Of a stretch of DNA of 42,622 bases, positions 1 to 9,173 are shown one piece after another. Under the pieces are notes generated by a model. That model was not told the DNA's origin. It saw nothing but the letters and a program-made list of their open reading frames with translations, and ran no database searches. The stretch lies in the IMG/VR virus record IMGVR_UViG_3300008004_000018, positions 1 to 42,622 of that record; one strand, written 5' to 3'. Numbering within the stretch: the first letter of the stretch is position 1; each line of letters starts with the position of its first letter. The position numbers and the translations under genes were made by a program. The DNA is from a virus. Lineage: Duplodnaviria > Caudoviricetes.

Positions 1-651
1 AGCAACCTTATTTACAGGTACTTCAACTTCACGTTCAATTAACCACTCTGACCTAGGTTCTACTATGATATCCTTCCACTCTTCTGCCGCATCTAAAGTA
101 GCCGCTAACTCCTTGATCGAATCTACACTGTGCTCTGATAACGTACTAATGGAGATTGGTAGCTTGTATAGCCCTGTAGTTTGATGCTTGGTGTAGGGTA
201 TTCTTAGGATTCTGCTGGCATTGTATATCTTGTTATCGAAGGTAGATAGATCTCCTGCAATAGATTTGGCCATATTCTTAATCTGACTAGGCTTGAAGTG
301 TTGAGTTAGTAGTAGCTCTACGCCAAAGCCTTTATGCCCCGAGAATGTGATATTTAGCTGATCTTCCGTTACTCCCTGAGCTAGCAGCCTAGCTATCAGC
401 TCTAAGGTATCGGCTCTAGCAGCCTCTAGGTCTTCCTTGTTATCAAAGTCAAACGGCAGTATGTTACCAGTTACATCTACAATACCAGCTATCGTATTCT
501 TAGCCTTAAATACCTTAAAATGCTCATCTGTATAGTTGTAAACGCTTCTATACCAATCCTTATCGTGGTCAGTAATATGCTCGTTGAGTTCATCCTCAGG
601 TACTAAAAGTCCAGGGTCCTCTACGGAGCTACAGATTCGCTTGTATTGCAT
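1..651 (-). CDS. Archaeo-eukaryotic primase (AEP)-family primase or primase-polymerase, N-terminal part; runs off the left edge of the window
   Basis: Not in the ORF track. Hand translation from ATG at 651 (AAGGAG RBS upstream) is open to base 1: MQYKRICSSVEDP...LPFDFDNKEDL...TFSGHKGFGV...SRILRIPYTKH. DxD, SGxKG and RxxRxP match the AEP motifs. Confidence 0.75.
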   Translation of the reverse strand, partial: MQYKRICSSVEDPGLLVPEDELNEHITDHDKDWYRSVYNYTDEHFKVFKAKNTIAGIVDVTGNILPFDFDNKEDLEAARADTLELIARLLAQGVTEDQLNITFSGHKGFGVELLLTQHFKPSQIKNMAKSIAGDLSTFDNKIYNASRILRIPYTKHQTTGLYKLPISISTLSEHSVDSIKELAATLDAAEEWKDIIVEPRSEWLIEREVEVPVNKVA

Positions 652-692
652 TTAATTCTCCTTTGTGGGGGTAAGGTCGTGCTAAAATAGAG

Positions 693-706
693 GCCCTTAG
701 AAGGGC
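693..706 (-). terminator. Short hairpin, possible weak intrinsic terminator
   Basis: Inverted repeat GCCCTT-N2-AAGGGC followed on the minus strand by CTCTATTTT, between the 718..1038 ORF and the primase. Confidence 0.25.
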
Positions 707-717
707 GTATAGAGCGT

Positions 718-1038
718 CTAATCTTCTGCCAAAGCAGCGTTAGCATCCTCAGCAGCTTCTTTTAGTACGTTATCGCTTTGAGGGCCTTTATACATCGCCA
801 TTAGGCGGCGCATACGCTCTCTCTTAGGCAGCTTCCAGTCAGTGTAGCTAAATACCTTAGGGGCTTGGCTACCAGCTTGCTCGGCTACTTGAGTGAACAC
901 GTCCCTAGCTACAGAATTGTCTAGCTTTGCCTTAGCCTCAGCTGCTAGGGTGTACTCTTTTAGTTCTTGCATAGCGTGACTGGCTGGCTTTTGGCCAGCC
1001 TTGAGTTTACGCTTTAGTTTAGCTTTTTTAAAGCGCAT
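718..1038 (-). CDS. Hypothetical basic protein
   Basis: 106-aa ORF, TAATG-coupled to the upstream gene; no recognised motif. Confidence 0.65.
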   Translation of the reverse strand: MRFKKAKLKRKLKAGQKPASHAMQELKEYTLAAEAKAKLDNSVARDVFTQVAEQAGSQAPKVFSYTDWKLPKRERMRRLMAMYKGPQSDNVLKEAAEDANAALAED

Positions 1039-1265
1039 TAGTCCTCACCTTTTACGCAGATGTCGAATACTAGGAATGAGGGCGCATTCTCACTCTTAGG
1101 CTCGAATAGGTAAAAGCTACGTCCGCCGTCTTTTAGTGGGTAAGCTTGTTTAATCAAACTAGGCGCGTTGTCTAGGAACGACTTATCTAATACCATCTTG
1201 TGATATGTTTTACCTTTTGAATCCTTGTTTTTAGTAATACTGCCTACTTTAGTGAATTTTGCCAT
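1038..1265 (-). CDS. Small hypothetical protein, possibly ssDNA-binding
   Basis: The ATG at 1265 overlaps the ERF stop (TAATG), so it is preferred over the 1274 start. Function is inferred only from its position after the annealase. Confidence 0.55.
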   Translation of the reverse strand: MAKFTKVGSITKNKDSKGKTYHKMVLDKSFLDNAPSLIKQAYPLKDGGRSFYLFEPKSENAPSFLVFDICVKGED

Positions 1266-1810
1266 TAGTTCCATCCTCCTGCTGCCGGAGTATCTTTAAC
1301 CGGAGCTGTTTTTGTTTCTGTTTTAGTTTCGGGTTTCTTAAAGCCGCCTGATTTAGCAGCTGGCTTAGCTTCTACTTTAGGTGCTGCTTTAGGTTCTGAC
1401 TTAGCTTTGTAACTACCACGGCCTACTGAGGTTTCACCGTCGTCATCAGCACTAGCTAGGTTAAACAAGGAGTTCATCATACCTCTACGAGCATAAGTAA
1501 TCCCTGCTAGGGTTTTTTGCATATCTTGTACGTTGATGAGTTGCAAAGAGGACTGAATCCATTGCCCACTCTCTGTATGTACAAGTAAGGAGATTACCGA
1601 GTTACTACCGTCAGCGTTTCCAGAGGTAGGCTGTAGCAGCATCAATCCATTAGCTTCTAGGACAGGCTCAATAGTCTCAATGTGCGTGTTTAGGTCAGCA
1701 AACGTACTCTTGAAGTGTGGATTGAATGCGCCCTTTTTTACAGGACCTAGTTCTTTCTTAACTTTAGCAAGTGCTGCGAATAGCTGATCTGTTTTTTCTG
1801 AAAGTTTCAT
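1265..1810 (-). CDS. erf: ERF-family single-strand annealing protein
   Basis: NPHFKSTFADL, ANGLMLLQ, LLVHTESGQW, GITYARR and DDDG motifs typical of ERF, followed by a low-complexity K/P/A tail. Confidence 0.9.
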   Translation of the reverse strand: MKLSEKTDQLFAALAKVKKELGPVKKGAFNPHFKSTFADLNTHIETIEPVLEANGLMLLQPTSGNADGSNSVISLLVHTESGQWIQSSLQLINVQDMQKTLAGITYARRGMMNSLFNLASADDDGETSVGRGSYKAKSEPKAAPKVEAKPAAKSGGFKKPETKTETKTAPVKDTPAAGGWN

Positions 1811-1822
1811 ATATTTCCCCTT

Positions 1823-2137
1823 TTACCAGTTATATCTATCTAGCATGAATTTACCAGCTTGTCTACGCCAATCTTCTAGTACCAAAGCTTTTCTCTGTCT
1901 AGGCGTTGGAGATAGCAACTCTTCACTGACTACCTCGTCCCCTTGTAAAGTAAGCATTACGCACTCATAGGATTTCTTACCTTCTGAGTCTGTAGTGGTT
2001 TTTACTCCAAAGGCTGTGATTCTAGATCCAGCCTCGTTTACGCTGGCAGCTGGCTTACTTAACTGAGCCTCTCGTTTCTGCTCGTCTGTGTTAATCAGAC
2101 CTAATTCTTCTCTAACTGATTTACCGATTTTACCCAT
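1823..2137 (-). CDS. Hypothetical protein
   Basis: 104-aa ORF with AAGGAG RBS and its own promoter (2158..2186). Confidence 0.7.
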   Translation of the reverse strand: MGKIGKSVREELGLINTDEQKREAQLSKPAASVNEAGSRITAFGVKTTTDSEGKKSYECVMLTLQGDEVVSEELLSPTPRQRKALVLEDWRRQAGKFMLDRYNW

Positions 2138-2442
2138 TATAAATCTCCTTTATCCGTACTGTAGCTGCTTTTGTCTTTATTGTCAAGTAGTATCTCTGTT
2201 AGTTCTACGATCTCGTTTTTAATTTTACAAGGGTAGCAATCCATACGCACACTATCGCCGTTACTGCGGCATTGTCCGTTATGTGTGTTAAGTCTACTAG
2301 CCCAAGTCTTAATATCTTTTAAGATATAATCCTTAGATCTGCGAGCCTGTAACTCTTTTAACATTGTTAGCATAATTTCGTCTGGCTGTATAGCTTTTTC
2401 GTAGCCTTCAATAAGGCTAGCCAATTGTTTATCATTTAACAT
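2137..2442 (-). CDS. Hypothetical protein
   Basis: 101-aa ORF with AGGAGG RBS; H..C and CxxC residues may bind metal. Confidence 0.65.
   Translation of the reverse strand: MLNDKQLASLIEGYEKAIQPDEIMLTMLKELQARRSKDYILKDIKTWASRLNTHNGQCRSNGDSVRMDCYPCKIKNEIVELTEILLDNKDKSSYSTDKGDL
2158..2186 (-). promoter_or_regulatory. Sigma70-type promoter for the ERF/primase operon, inside the 3' end of the upstream gene
   Basis: TTGACA (2181-2186), 17-bp spacer, TACAGT (2158-2163) on the minus strand. Confidence 0.55.
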
Positions 2443-2484
2443 TTCTAGCCTCCTCTGTTATAGATGGGTCGCCATGTATTAAAC

Positions 2485-3157
2485 TCATCTTTCTCTCCAT
2501 TTCTTTAGTGCTTCTCGGGCTCGGTAACCTGCCCTATAATAGGCCAATCCGCTTTTGGGTCTAAAGTGTTCTGAATCTGCAATCGCCGTTTTCTGATCAC
2601 CATCATGCGTGGGATCTGACCAACATGGGCCAGCATAAAACTCCAAAGCCTCTAACAAAATACTCACGTCCTGCGCATTGTGGGATTGTAGGGCTGCTTT
2701 AGGAAGTTTCTCTAACCTCTCAACAACAGCCTCAATTGCTGCGCCGAAAATTAACGCTCTTTCAAAAGCATCCTTTAGATAATTGATCTGTTCTAATGTT
2801 GTTCATGCTCTCGATTTGAAACTTCTCTAACGAGGCAAAAAACTTAGGTCTAAGAATTATATCCTCATCACTCACCGCCGCCTTAGGTGCTGCGTGCTGG
2901 GTTAGGTAGTCGTGAACCTTCATGGCGGCATCAACCTCTGCTGCGTCACCAAATTCACTATATGCCCACGTTTCAAACTCTCCGATCGTAGGCCAAGGCT
3001 TCTCGCCACCACGTTGCTCTGATTCTCGGATGGCTTGGGCTATTTCAGCAACTAATGGCTCCGCATTTTCCCAATTTATAAACTTGCCTCGAAACTTAGC
3101 TACGATCTCCCTAGCTTTCTCAGCGTGGCGGTCTGCTTGCTCTGATTTTTTGGTCAT
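2485..3157 (-). pseudogene. Frameshifted hypothetical gene; ORFs 2762..3157 and 2485..2667 are two halves of one gene
   Basis: Removing one A at 2802-2803 (ATG AAC AAC ATT becomes ATG ACA ACA TTA) joins the halves into a 223-aa frame: ...IESMTTLEQINYLKDAFERALIFGAAIEAVVERLEKLPKAALQSHNAQDVSILLEALEFYA. Confidence 0.6.
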
Positions 3158-3471
3158 TTTAATAGCTCCTCTAGCATATCCTCAAAAGGCTTTAGTCCAT
3201 TTGCGTGTGCTTTGTTTATTTTCCTAATAGTTTTTTTATTAAGAAACTTCTTAACGTCCTTATAAAATTCATAATCTCCACGACCATTTATTTCACAATC
3301 AATTATTGTAATCCCTAGATGTCTAATTGCTTATTGAAGCAATTTGGCTAATTCTTTAGTCTTTTCATCGACCTGCTCTACTTTGTTAGCTCGAATCCTC
3401 CCGTTTACAATGGGGGCCGCGTAGCTATTAGATATATAGGTTCCTTTTTGCTCTTTTTTGTTATTTGTCAT
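3154..3471 (-). pseudogene. 105-codon hypothetical gene with one internal TAA
   Basis: The ATG at 3471 and the TGA at 3154 each form ATGA overlaps with neighbours. A single in-frame TAA lies at 3331-3333 (...KELAKLLQ*AIRHLGITII...EELLK). Confidence 0.65.
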
Positions 3472-3677
3472 CGCACTTCTTTCTCCTCAACTCGGTAGCT
3501 CCTAGCTACAGTAAAGCCGTGCCATGCTCCATCTTTTTCTTTTGAAAACAAGGGACCTTCTCGACCTCGAATATAGTCTTGTGCATTTTCAAGTGATTTA
3601 CAGACTTGTAACTCTTCGTATTGATAATCGTCGTTTCGTATGTACACGATATATATTTTATTTATACATTTACTCAT
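3468..3677 (-). CDS. Small hypothetical protein
   Basis: 69-aa ORF with GGAGG RBS; has the KIYIV...E...V...SLENA...Y pattern common in small phage proteins. Confidence 0.65.
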   Translation of the reverse strand: MSKCINKIYIVYIRNDDYQYEELQVCKSLENAQDYIRGREGPLFSKEKDGAWHGFTVARSYRVEEKEVR

Positions 3678-3706
3678 AAGCTTCCCTCCTATTTACAGGT
3701 AATACA

Positions 3707-4801
3707 CTACTTCTTAGTGCAAATCAAGCCCGAATCATCACCACTGAAGCACAGCCGTTTAAACGGACAATCTCCGCCATACCAGTTCGAGCAAGAGTCG
3801 AAATTCTTATAAAACACTCCATGTTTAACCTGTTGATTGATTATATCAAAGTTAGATATTACAGACTCAGCTAACCTAGAATTAACTCTACCTAGGATTA
3901 GGTCTAGCTCGGCTCTACGGATAACTTCCTCGCCTAGCTCCCCACCACATCGTTTATCCGATACTAGATTAGAGCAAGTCTTAACCCTGTTATTCATCTC
4001 CTGCTTACCGCAAGATGTACACACTCTAGTTTTATCCTTAGCTATGTTCTTGTATAGTACGATAAATCCGATATCTTCAACGCCCTCATGGTATGCATAT
4101 AAAGTTAACTGTGGTGACTCATTAGCTGCATTCTCATCGTATTTTCTAGCTGAAGTCTTCAGATCTAGTACATACTTCTTACCGTCATCTAAAGTCACTA
4201 CCATGTCAATGTAGCCTTGTACAATATCCTCTGAATCATTCTCTAGCTTTATATGCTTTTGTGTGCTGTGTACTTCTTTTATCCTAGGTAGGATCTTCTC
4301 TTTAAAAGCTTCAACCATCATAGGTGCTTTTCTAGCCATACATAGCCAATTAGCTAGATTTAAATACTGATGCTCAGCCTCTTTGAAACTTCTATGGGCT
4401 CTTTGCTTCTTAAAGTCGGAACAAGCTTTGTAAACTTCTAATGGGGTATTACCTGCATATTTTAAATCATGGTCTGTGATAAACTGAGCTAGCTCTTGTA
4501 AGTCTTCTTCTTGTAGTAGGTCTATATCCATATCTCTTTCAGCATATGCTATCTTAGTATTGGTACGAAGCTGCTCTTTAGTATTAGTAATGAATGCTTC
4601 TTCCCAGTTTGCTCTGAAAGCGCTCATATAGTCCCCAGTTGAATCTTTTAGTACAACCTCTACAGCTGCGTCTAAAGCGCTACCGAACAGCAGAGCGCTA
4701 CTGGTGGCGTCTGGTCGCAGTTTATCGATGTAGTGGTACTTATAGGACTGAGGGCATTTAATATAGCGGCTTACAGCACTATGACTTAGTTTAGTAGACA
4801 T
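3707..4801 (-). CDS. Cas4/RecB-like PD-(D/E)XK exonuclease
   Basis: LSHSAVSRYIKCP, GSALD, GYIDMV, LDLKTS and QLTLYA motifs. C-terminal C..CPFKRLC plus the N-terminal Cys fit an Fe-S staple; there is an extra CxxC...C...C insert. Confidence 0.85.
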   Translation of the reverse strand: MSTKLSHSAVSRYIKCPQSYKYHYIDKLRPDATSSALLFGSALDAAVEVVLKDSTGDYMSAFRANWEEAFITNTKEQLRTNTKIAYAERDMDIDLLQEEDLQELAQFITDHDLKYAGNTPLEVYKACSDFKKQRAHRSFKEAEHQYLNLANWLCMARKAPMMVEAFKEKILPRIKEVHSTQKHIKLENDSEDIVQGYIDMVVTLDDGKKYVLDLKTSARKYDENAANESPQLTLYAYHEGVEDIGFIVLYKNIAKDKTRVCTSCGKQEMNNRVKTCSNLVSDKRCGGELGEEVIRRAELDLILGRVNSRLAESVISNFDIINQQVKHGVFYKNFDSCSNWYGGDCPFKRLCFSGDDSGLICTKK

Positions 4802-4807
4802 GCATAG

Positions 4808-4836
4808 ATTTTACACTAGACATGCCCTAAAGTCAA
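4808..4836 (-). promoter_or_regulatory. Sigma70-type promoter, predicted leaderless transcript of the nuclease
   Basis: TTGACT, 17-bp spacer, TAAAAT, then 6 nt to the ATG; no Shine-Dalgarno. Confidence 0.65.
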
Positions 4837-4842
4837 GCTAAA

Positions 4843-7557
4843 TTAGCCGCCGCAGGATACGCACTCATCGTCGCCTGTTTTAACAGCGGTAGTTAGGCCA
4901 GAGGTACTTCTACAGTAATATAAAGTCTTGACATGCGGTAGCTCATAGGCTAGCATATGCACCTCGTTAAAATACTTATGGTCTACATCGTGTGGGAAGA
5001 ACAAGTTAAGACTCTGAGCTTGGCAAATATGTCTACCACGTTGAGAGGCTTGTTGTACTAGCACTCTTTGGTCGATCTCATACGCAGTCCTAAATACGTC
5101 TCTCTCTAAGTCGCTTAGGAACTTAAGATGCTGTACGCTGCCTTGATTCTCATTAATACTCTTCCACACTGCGGCAGTATTCTTACCCTTACTATCCAGC
5201 AATTGTGCTAGCTGTTTATTCTTACGGCTAAACTTACCTTTATGTGTCTTGTCAGCATAGGCGTTAGCTACGTATGGTTCAATACCAAAGCTAACATCGC
5301 CGCTAATGATACTATTAGATCTCGTAGGAGCTTGAGCAAGTAGGTGTGAATTGTACATGCCGGAGCCTCTGCACCACTCAGGCTCGCCTAGTTTAGCAGC
5401 TAACTCCTTTGAGGCTTTTACCGACTTTTCTTTTATAGTAGCGAATATGTCGTTATTGAGCTGCATAGATTGAAAACTACCAAAAGGGAGCATTTTACTT
5501 TGTAGTAATGTATGCCAGCCTAGGATACCGATTCCGATAGCTCTACCTTTAACAGCACTGCGGATAGCCTTCTCTAATCCCCACACATCTTTGCCTTTAT
5601 CTATGAACTCGTTAAGTACTCCATTTAGGAAGTAAGTAGCTACTCCTGGCAGGTCTGTATCTTTCCACTCATCCCACTTAGTCACGTTTAAAGAGCTTAG
5701 GCAGCATATAAATGAATGTTGTGAGTCCGTGTGTAGTGTGATCTCCGAGCAGTTCCCAGCTAGAATACCGTTAAACATGCCCATATTACGTTTAGGCTCG
5801 TTAAAGCAATACGTATCAGATACCTCGTTAAGGTCTAGTACCTCTATAACCTTCACAAACTGCTTAGCTTCTCGATTTGGTAGCTTGTTTATATTTAGAT
5901 TTAGTCTATGACACTCTATTCCCAAATCCTTTAGCTGTAGGAGTCCTCCAGTAGGTACGAGTAGTCTGTAGATCTCTTTGGTATCGAATAGACGCTCGCC
6001 TCCTCTACCGTCAGGCATTAAAGTCTTGCCTGCTTTTTTATTTAAAGTTACTTTAGCTTCTACGCCTAAAGTCATCAACATTCTTTTAGTGTCTAGTAGA
6101 AACTGCTTATTGATAGAGGCGATTTGTAAGGATTTATTATTTCCGTTAATTGCTACCGTACCATCAGAGTCTAGTAAACCAGCAAGCCATTTTAGTCTGG
6201 TTTCTATGCTACCTGTAGGAACTTCGAACTTCTTAAAGTTATTGTTTATATGGATTCGGAGCTTTCCTGCAACTTCTCGCATAGATCTGTGCTCTTTGTA
6301 ATCGAGGTACTGTAGCAGCTCTTTCTTCTCTCCATATAAGTCAATGTGGTTTTTACCTTTATGTGAGCAGCCGTCTCCACTAAAGAATCCTTGAGTGTAA
6401 GGACTTTCAATTTCACCTTCCATATCAATTACAGGTAGGTTCCATTTAATTAACTTATCTCCAGGCTTAAGCTCAGCTGCCCTAACTTCTTTTTGATTCT
6501 TGGTGCTATAGGCTAATCCACCTCTGCCATAGGACGTTTGCAGTCTAAATTTGTGGTACGGTGTGCACTTAAGCTCTTCACCATTACTAAACCGCACTGT
6601 GCGTAATTTTTGATTCTCGCCAGTCTTTAATACCGTAGTAGTAGACCACTCTATACCGTTCCATACGGATACACGTTTATTCTCTAGGTCCTGTATACGT
6701 TTTAGTCCTTTTTTAGTTAGTATCTCAGTATCAGGGTGTACACATAGATTAGTCATCTCCACATTCAAGTTACGATCTTTATAACATTGTGGATTAGCCT
6801 CATTTACCTTGTCTAGCCACATGATATAAGATTCTCCAGTCTCTAAACGAGTCTTAAGTAGCTCTACCCACTTATGTCTAGCTAATTGATCTCCGGCTTT
6901 TACTTTTTCCATGAAGTTATCATTGATAAGTGTTGATTGATGTATATTGTGACATTGCCTGTTAACGTCGCCTTCAGGTCTTCTAGTTCTAATAAACTCT
7001 TCCCAATCAGTGTGTTCGATGTTTAGGTTAATTACAGCAGAACCTCTTCGCGAGCTGCCCTGGTTAGTCCCTAGAATAACACTATCATACATTTTCATAA
7101 AAGGTACGACACCGCTAGATTGCCCGTTTATTCCGCCTTTAATAGGAGTTCCGCGACCTCTAATCCTATCGAAGTTCACTCCAACGCCTCCGCCAGCTTT
7201 AGTAAGTCCCATAAGCTCGGACATACCTTCCCCGATCTCTTCAAGATTATCTCCAATGTCAGCTCCGAAACAACTTATAGGAAATCCTCTATCAGTACCA
7301 GAGTTAGTTAATACGGGAGTTGCTGGGCATAGCCAGCCCTTCCACATATAGTCGAAAAACTTATCTTCCATAGCAGGGTTTATGTAACTAGCGACAGATT
7401 TAGCTACACGTTTATACATACCCTTAGGAGTTTCTCCTTCAAGTAAGTAACCTCCAGATAAAGTAATTAAACCTTCTTCCGTTAAAAAATTAGGAGCTTC
7501 TCCGGCTGCTTTAAGTTCTACTAGCTCTGCTTTTAAGTCTCGTTGCTTCTTGCTCAT
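4843..7557 (-). CDS. nrdA: Class I ribonucleotide reductase alpha subunit with intein (about 573 aa after splicing, no ATP cone)
   Basis: PATPVLTN, PISCF, GGGVG, RRGS, split active site TNL|CSEI, CCLSSLN, APTRSNS, KTLYYCR and C-terminal CVSC. Confidence 0.95.
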   Translation of the reverse strand: MSKKQRDLKAELVELKAAGEAPNFLTEEGLITLSGGYLLEGETPKGMYKRVAKSVASYINPAMEDKFFDYMWKGWLCPATPVLTNSGTDRGFPISCFGADIGDNLEEIGEGMSELMGLTKAGGGVGVNFDRIRGRGTPIKGGINGQSSGVVPFMKMYDSVILGTNQGSSRRGSAVINLNIEHTDWEEFIRTRRPEGDVNRQCHNIHQSTLINDNFMEKVKAGDQLARHKWVELLKTRLETGESYIMWLDKVNEANPQCYKDRNLNVEMTNLCVHPDTEILTKKGLKRIQDLENKRVSVWNGIEWSTTTVLKTGENQKLRTVRFSNGEELKCTPYHKFRLQTSYGRGGLAYSTKNQKEVRAAELKPGDKLIKWNLPVIDMEGEIESPYTQGFFSGDGCSHKGKNHIDLYGEKKELLQYLDYKEHRSMREVAGKLRIHINNNFKKFEVPTGSIETRLKWLAGLLDSDGTVAINGNNKSLQIASINKQFLLDTKRMLMTLGVEAKVTLNKKAGKTLMPDGRGGERLFDTKEIYRLLVPTGGLLQLKDLGIECHRLNLNINKLPNREAKQFVKVIEVLDLNEVSDTYCFNEPKRNMGMFNGILAGNCSEITLHTDSQHSFICCLSSLNVTKWDEWKDTDLPGVATYFLNGVLNEFIDKGKDVWGLEKAIRSAVKGRAIGIGILGWHTLLQSKMLPFGSFQSMQLNNDIFATIKEKSVKASKELAAKLGEPEWCRGSGMYNSHLLAQAPTRSNSIISGDVSFGIEPYVANAYADKTHKGKFSRKNKQLAQLLDSKGKNTAAVWKSINENQGSVQHLKFLSDLERDVFRTAYEIDQRVLVQQASQRGRHICQAQSLNLFFPHDVDHKYFNEVHMLAYELPHVKTLYYCRSTSGLTTAVKTGDDECVSCGG
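5752..6744 (-). mobile_element. Intein with LAGLIDADG homing endonuclease (331 aa, residues 272-602 of NrdA)
   Basis: Starts CVHPDTEILT after TNL. Block B LKCTPYHKF; endonuclease motifs QGFFSGDG and WLAGLLDSDG; ends DTYCFNEPKRNMGMFNGILAGN before the +1 Cys of CSEI. Confidence 0.93.
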
Positions 7558-8535
7558 CTATTTAGTCTCCCCGTAAACTGATTCTGTAGTCATATTAGAC
7601 TTTGAATAGGCCGTTACTCTTCCACTGAAGAAATCACGAAACTCAACCCCAGCAGCCTCTTCGAAAATAGCCGCTACTTTACTAGCAGCTTTTACATCTA
7701 CACTCTTCCAATTAGAGCTTAAACCTAACTCGTTAAGCTGTGAATTAGCTCTCATACGAATAAACTGCTTAAGGTTGTATTCAGTAATACCACGCATCTC
7801 TCCGTGTTTAAACGCAGCTTCAATACTAGCGTCCTCTAACTGTACAGCTAGTCTAGCGGCCTCTACGATTTCAGTCTTAAGCTCGTCGGTTAGTAGGTTA
7901 GGATCTTCCTCTACCATAGTCCTAAATAACCAGCATCCTGCTTCAGCGTGTAAGCGCTCATCTAGAAAGCTCCAAGCTACGATTTGAGCTACACCCTCTA
8001 GCTTGCCGTACTTAGAGGGAGTCATTAGAATTGCAAAGGAGCTGAATAGTAGTACACCCTCAGCGAAGCCGCTGAATATAGCTAAGCTTCTAGCTAGGTC
8101 TTTACGGCTTTTACCTTTTAGGTCAGCTAACATATCAAACTTATTTTTAACTGAATCGTCAGCTAAAAAAGCCTCATAGTCGTCTAACCCTATGCTACTC
8201 TGTAAGTAATCGTACCCCGTTGCGTGCGTTGATTCGACCCCGCCAAATAAAGCGGCCATCATTTTAATTTCAGTGGGTCCGAAATACTTAGCCACTACTT
8301 GAGTCCAATAGTCCGCTACGAATATTTCTGTTTGTACAAAGGTCTTAACCGTCTGCCCTATAATCTGCTTTTCAGCTTCGGTAAGGTTATGTTTCCAATC
8401 TTGTATATCGCGTTCCATTGAAACTTCAAAAGGGCTCCAGTGTGCGTTGTGTTGTTTTTCCCAATACTCATAAGCTTTGGGATATTTAAACGGTTTAAAA
8501 ACGGCGTCTGCCTTGAATAACTTACTCATGCTCAA
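7558..8535 (-). CDS. nrdB: Class I ribonucleotide reductase beta subunit
   Basis: FKPFKYP, HWSPFEV, ESTHATGY, EGVLLFSSF, DERLH and DFF..RVTAY di-metal/radical-subunit motifs. Confidence 0.95.
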   Translation of the reverse strand: MSMSKLFKADAVFKPFKYPKAYEYWEKQHNAHWSPFEVSMERDIQDWKHNLTEAEKQIIGQTVKTFVQTEIFVADYWTQVVAKYFGPTEIKMMAALFGGVESTHATGYDYLQSSIGLDDYEAFLADDSVKNKFDMLADLKGKSRKDLARSLAIFSGFAEGVLLFSSFAILMTPSKYGKLEGVAQIVAWSFLDERLHAEAGCWLFRTMVEEDPNLLTDELKTEIVEAARLAVQLEDASIEAAFKHGEMRGITEYNLKQFIRMRANSQLNELGLSSNWKSVDVKAASKVAAIFEEAAGVEFRDFFSGRVTAYSKSNMTTESVYGETK

Positions 8536-8601
8536 TAGTAGCTCCTGCGTGTAGAATTTAGTGGGTTCTTTTATTTGTTGTAGAGTATTTAAAGCTGTAA
8601 G

Positions 8602-9159
8602 CTATTCGTTAGCTAAGACTTCATCTGCTAACCCCTCTTTAACCGCATCCTCGGCTGTATATGGCCTGTCAAACAGCTGTAATTTATCTAGTGCTTTTTT
8701 ATTAAATCTAGGCTTTTTATGCTTGATTCTTTGTACTAAAATATTATCTATCTTAGCTAGATACTTCCGCTCAAAGTTACGCCAAGATTCTACGTCTGCC
8801 TCATGTCCTGAGTACCCTACCTGCCCTTTATGTATCATTACGATGGAGTGTTCTGATACTATCCTGTGATCGGCTGCTTGTAGGATAACTGCCCCCATAC
8901 TACTTGCACTACCTCGTACAATAATAGTAATGTGATTAGCCGCTTGCATAATTGCGTCGTATATAGCCATTCCTGCATATATCTCTCCGCCGTCATGATT
9001 CATTATGATGGTTATAGGCTTATCTCCAGCAGGAGCGCTAGAGTCCAGAGCATGGAGATCTTTTAAGAACTTATGTAGCCTATCTGATTCAGACTCGTTC
9101 TCTGATAGCGGATTAAGCCACATAGTACGTCTCCCTAAGTCCACCCCTAGTAAGTACAT
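8602..9159 (-). CDS. clpP: ClpP-family (S14) serine protease
   Basis: GGEIYAGMAIYDAI, catalytic Ser in ASSMGAVILQAA, His in VMIH, Asp in FDRPYTAEDAVKEGLADEV. The true start may lie slightly upstream in the same open frame. Confidence 0.88.
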   Translation of the reverse strand: MYLLGVDLGRRTMWLNPLSENESESDRLHKFLKDLHALDSSAPAGDKPITIIMNHDGGEIYAGMAIYDAIMQAANHITIIVRGSASSMGAVILQAADHRIVSEHSIVMIHKGQVGYSGHEADVESWRNFERKYLAKIDNILVQRIKHKKPRFNKKALDKLQLFDRPYTAEDAVKEGLADEVLANE

Positions 9160-9173
9160 CTTCTCTAGCTGCT

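Noticed and set aside
1341-1356. 16-bp exact match aagccgcctgatttag, also at 42009-42024
   Set aside because: A single 16-mer match in 42 kb is plausible by chance, and one copy lies in a low-complexity coding tail.
3707-4801. CRISPR-Cas system
   Set aside because: Only a solo Cas4-like nuclease is present; no repeat-spacer array or other cas genes were seen.
8602-9159. ClpP-like gene as the prohead maturation protease
   Set aside because: It lies in the nucleotide-metabolism region about 30 kb from the head genes. The role is not excluded but context does not support it.
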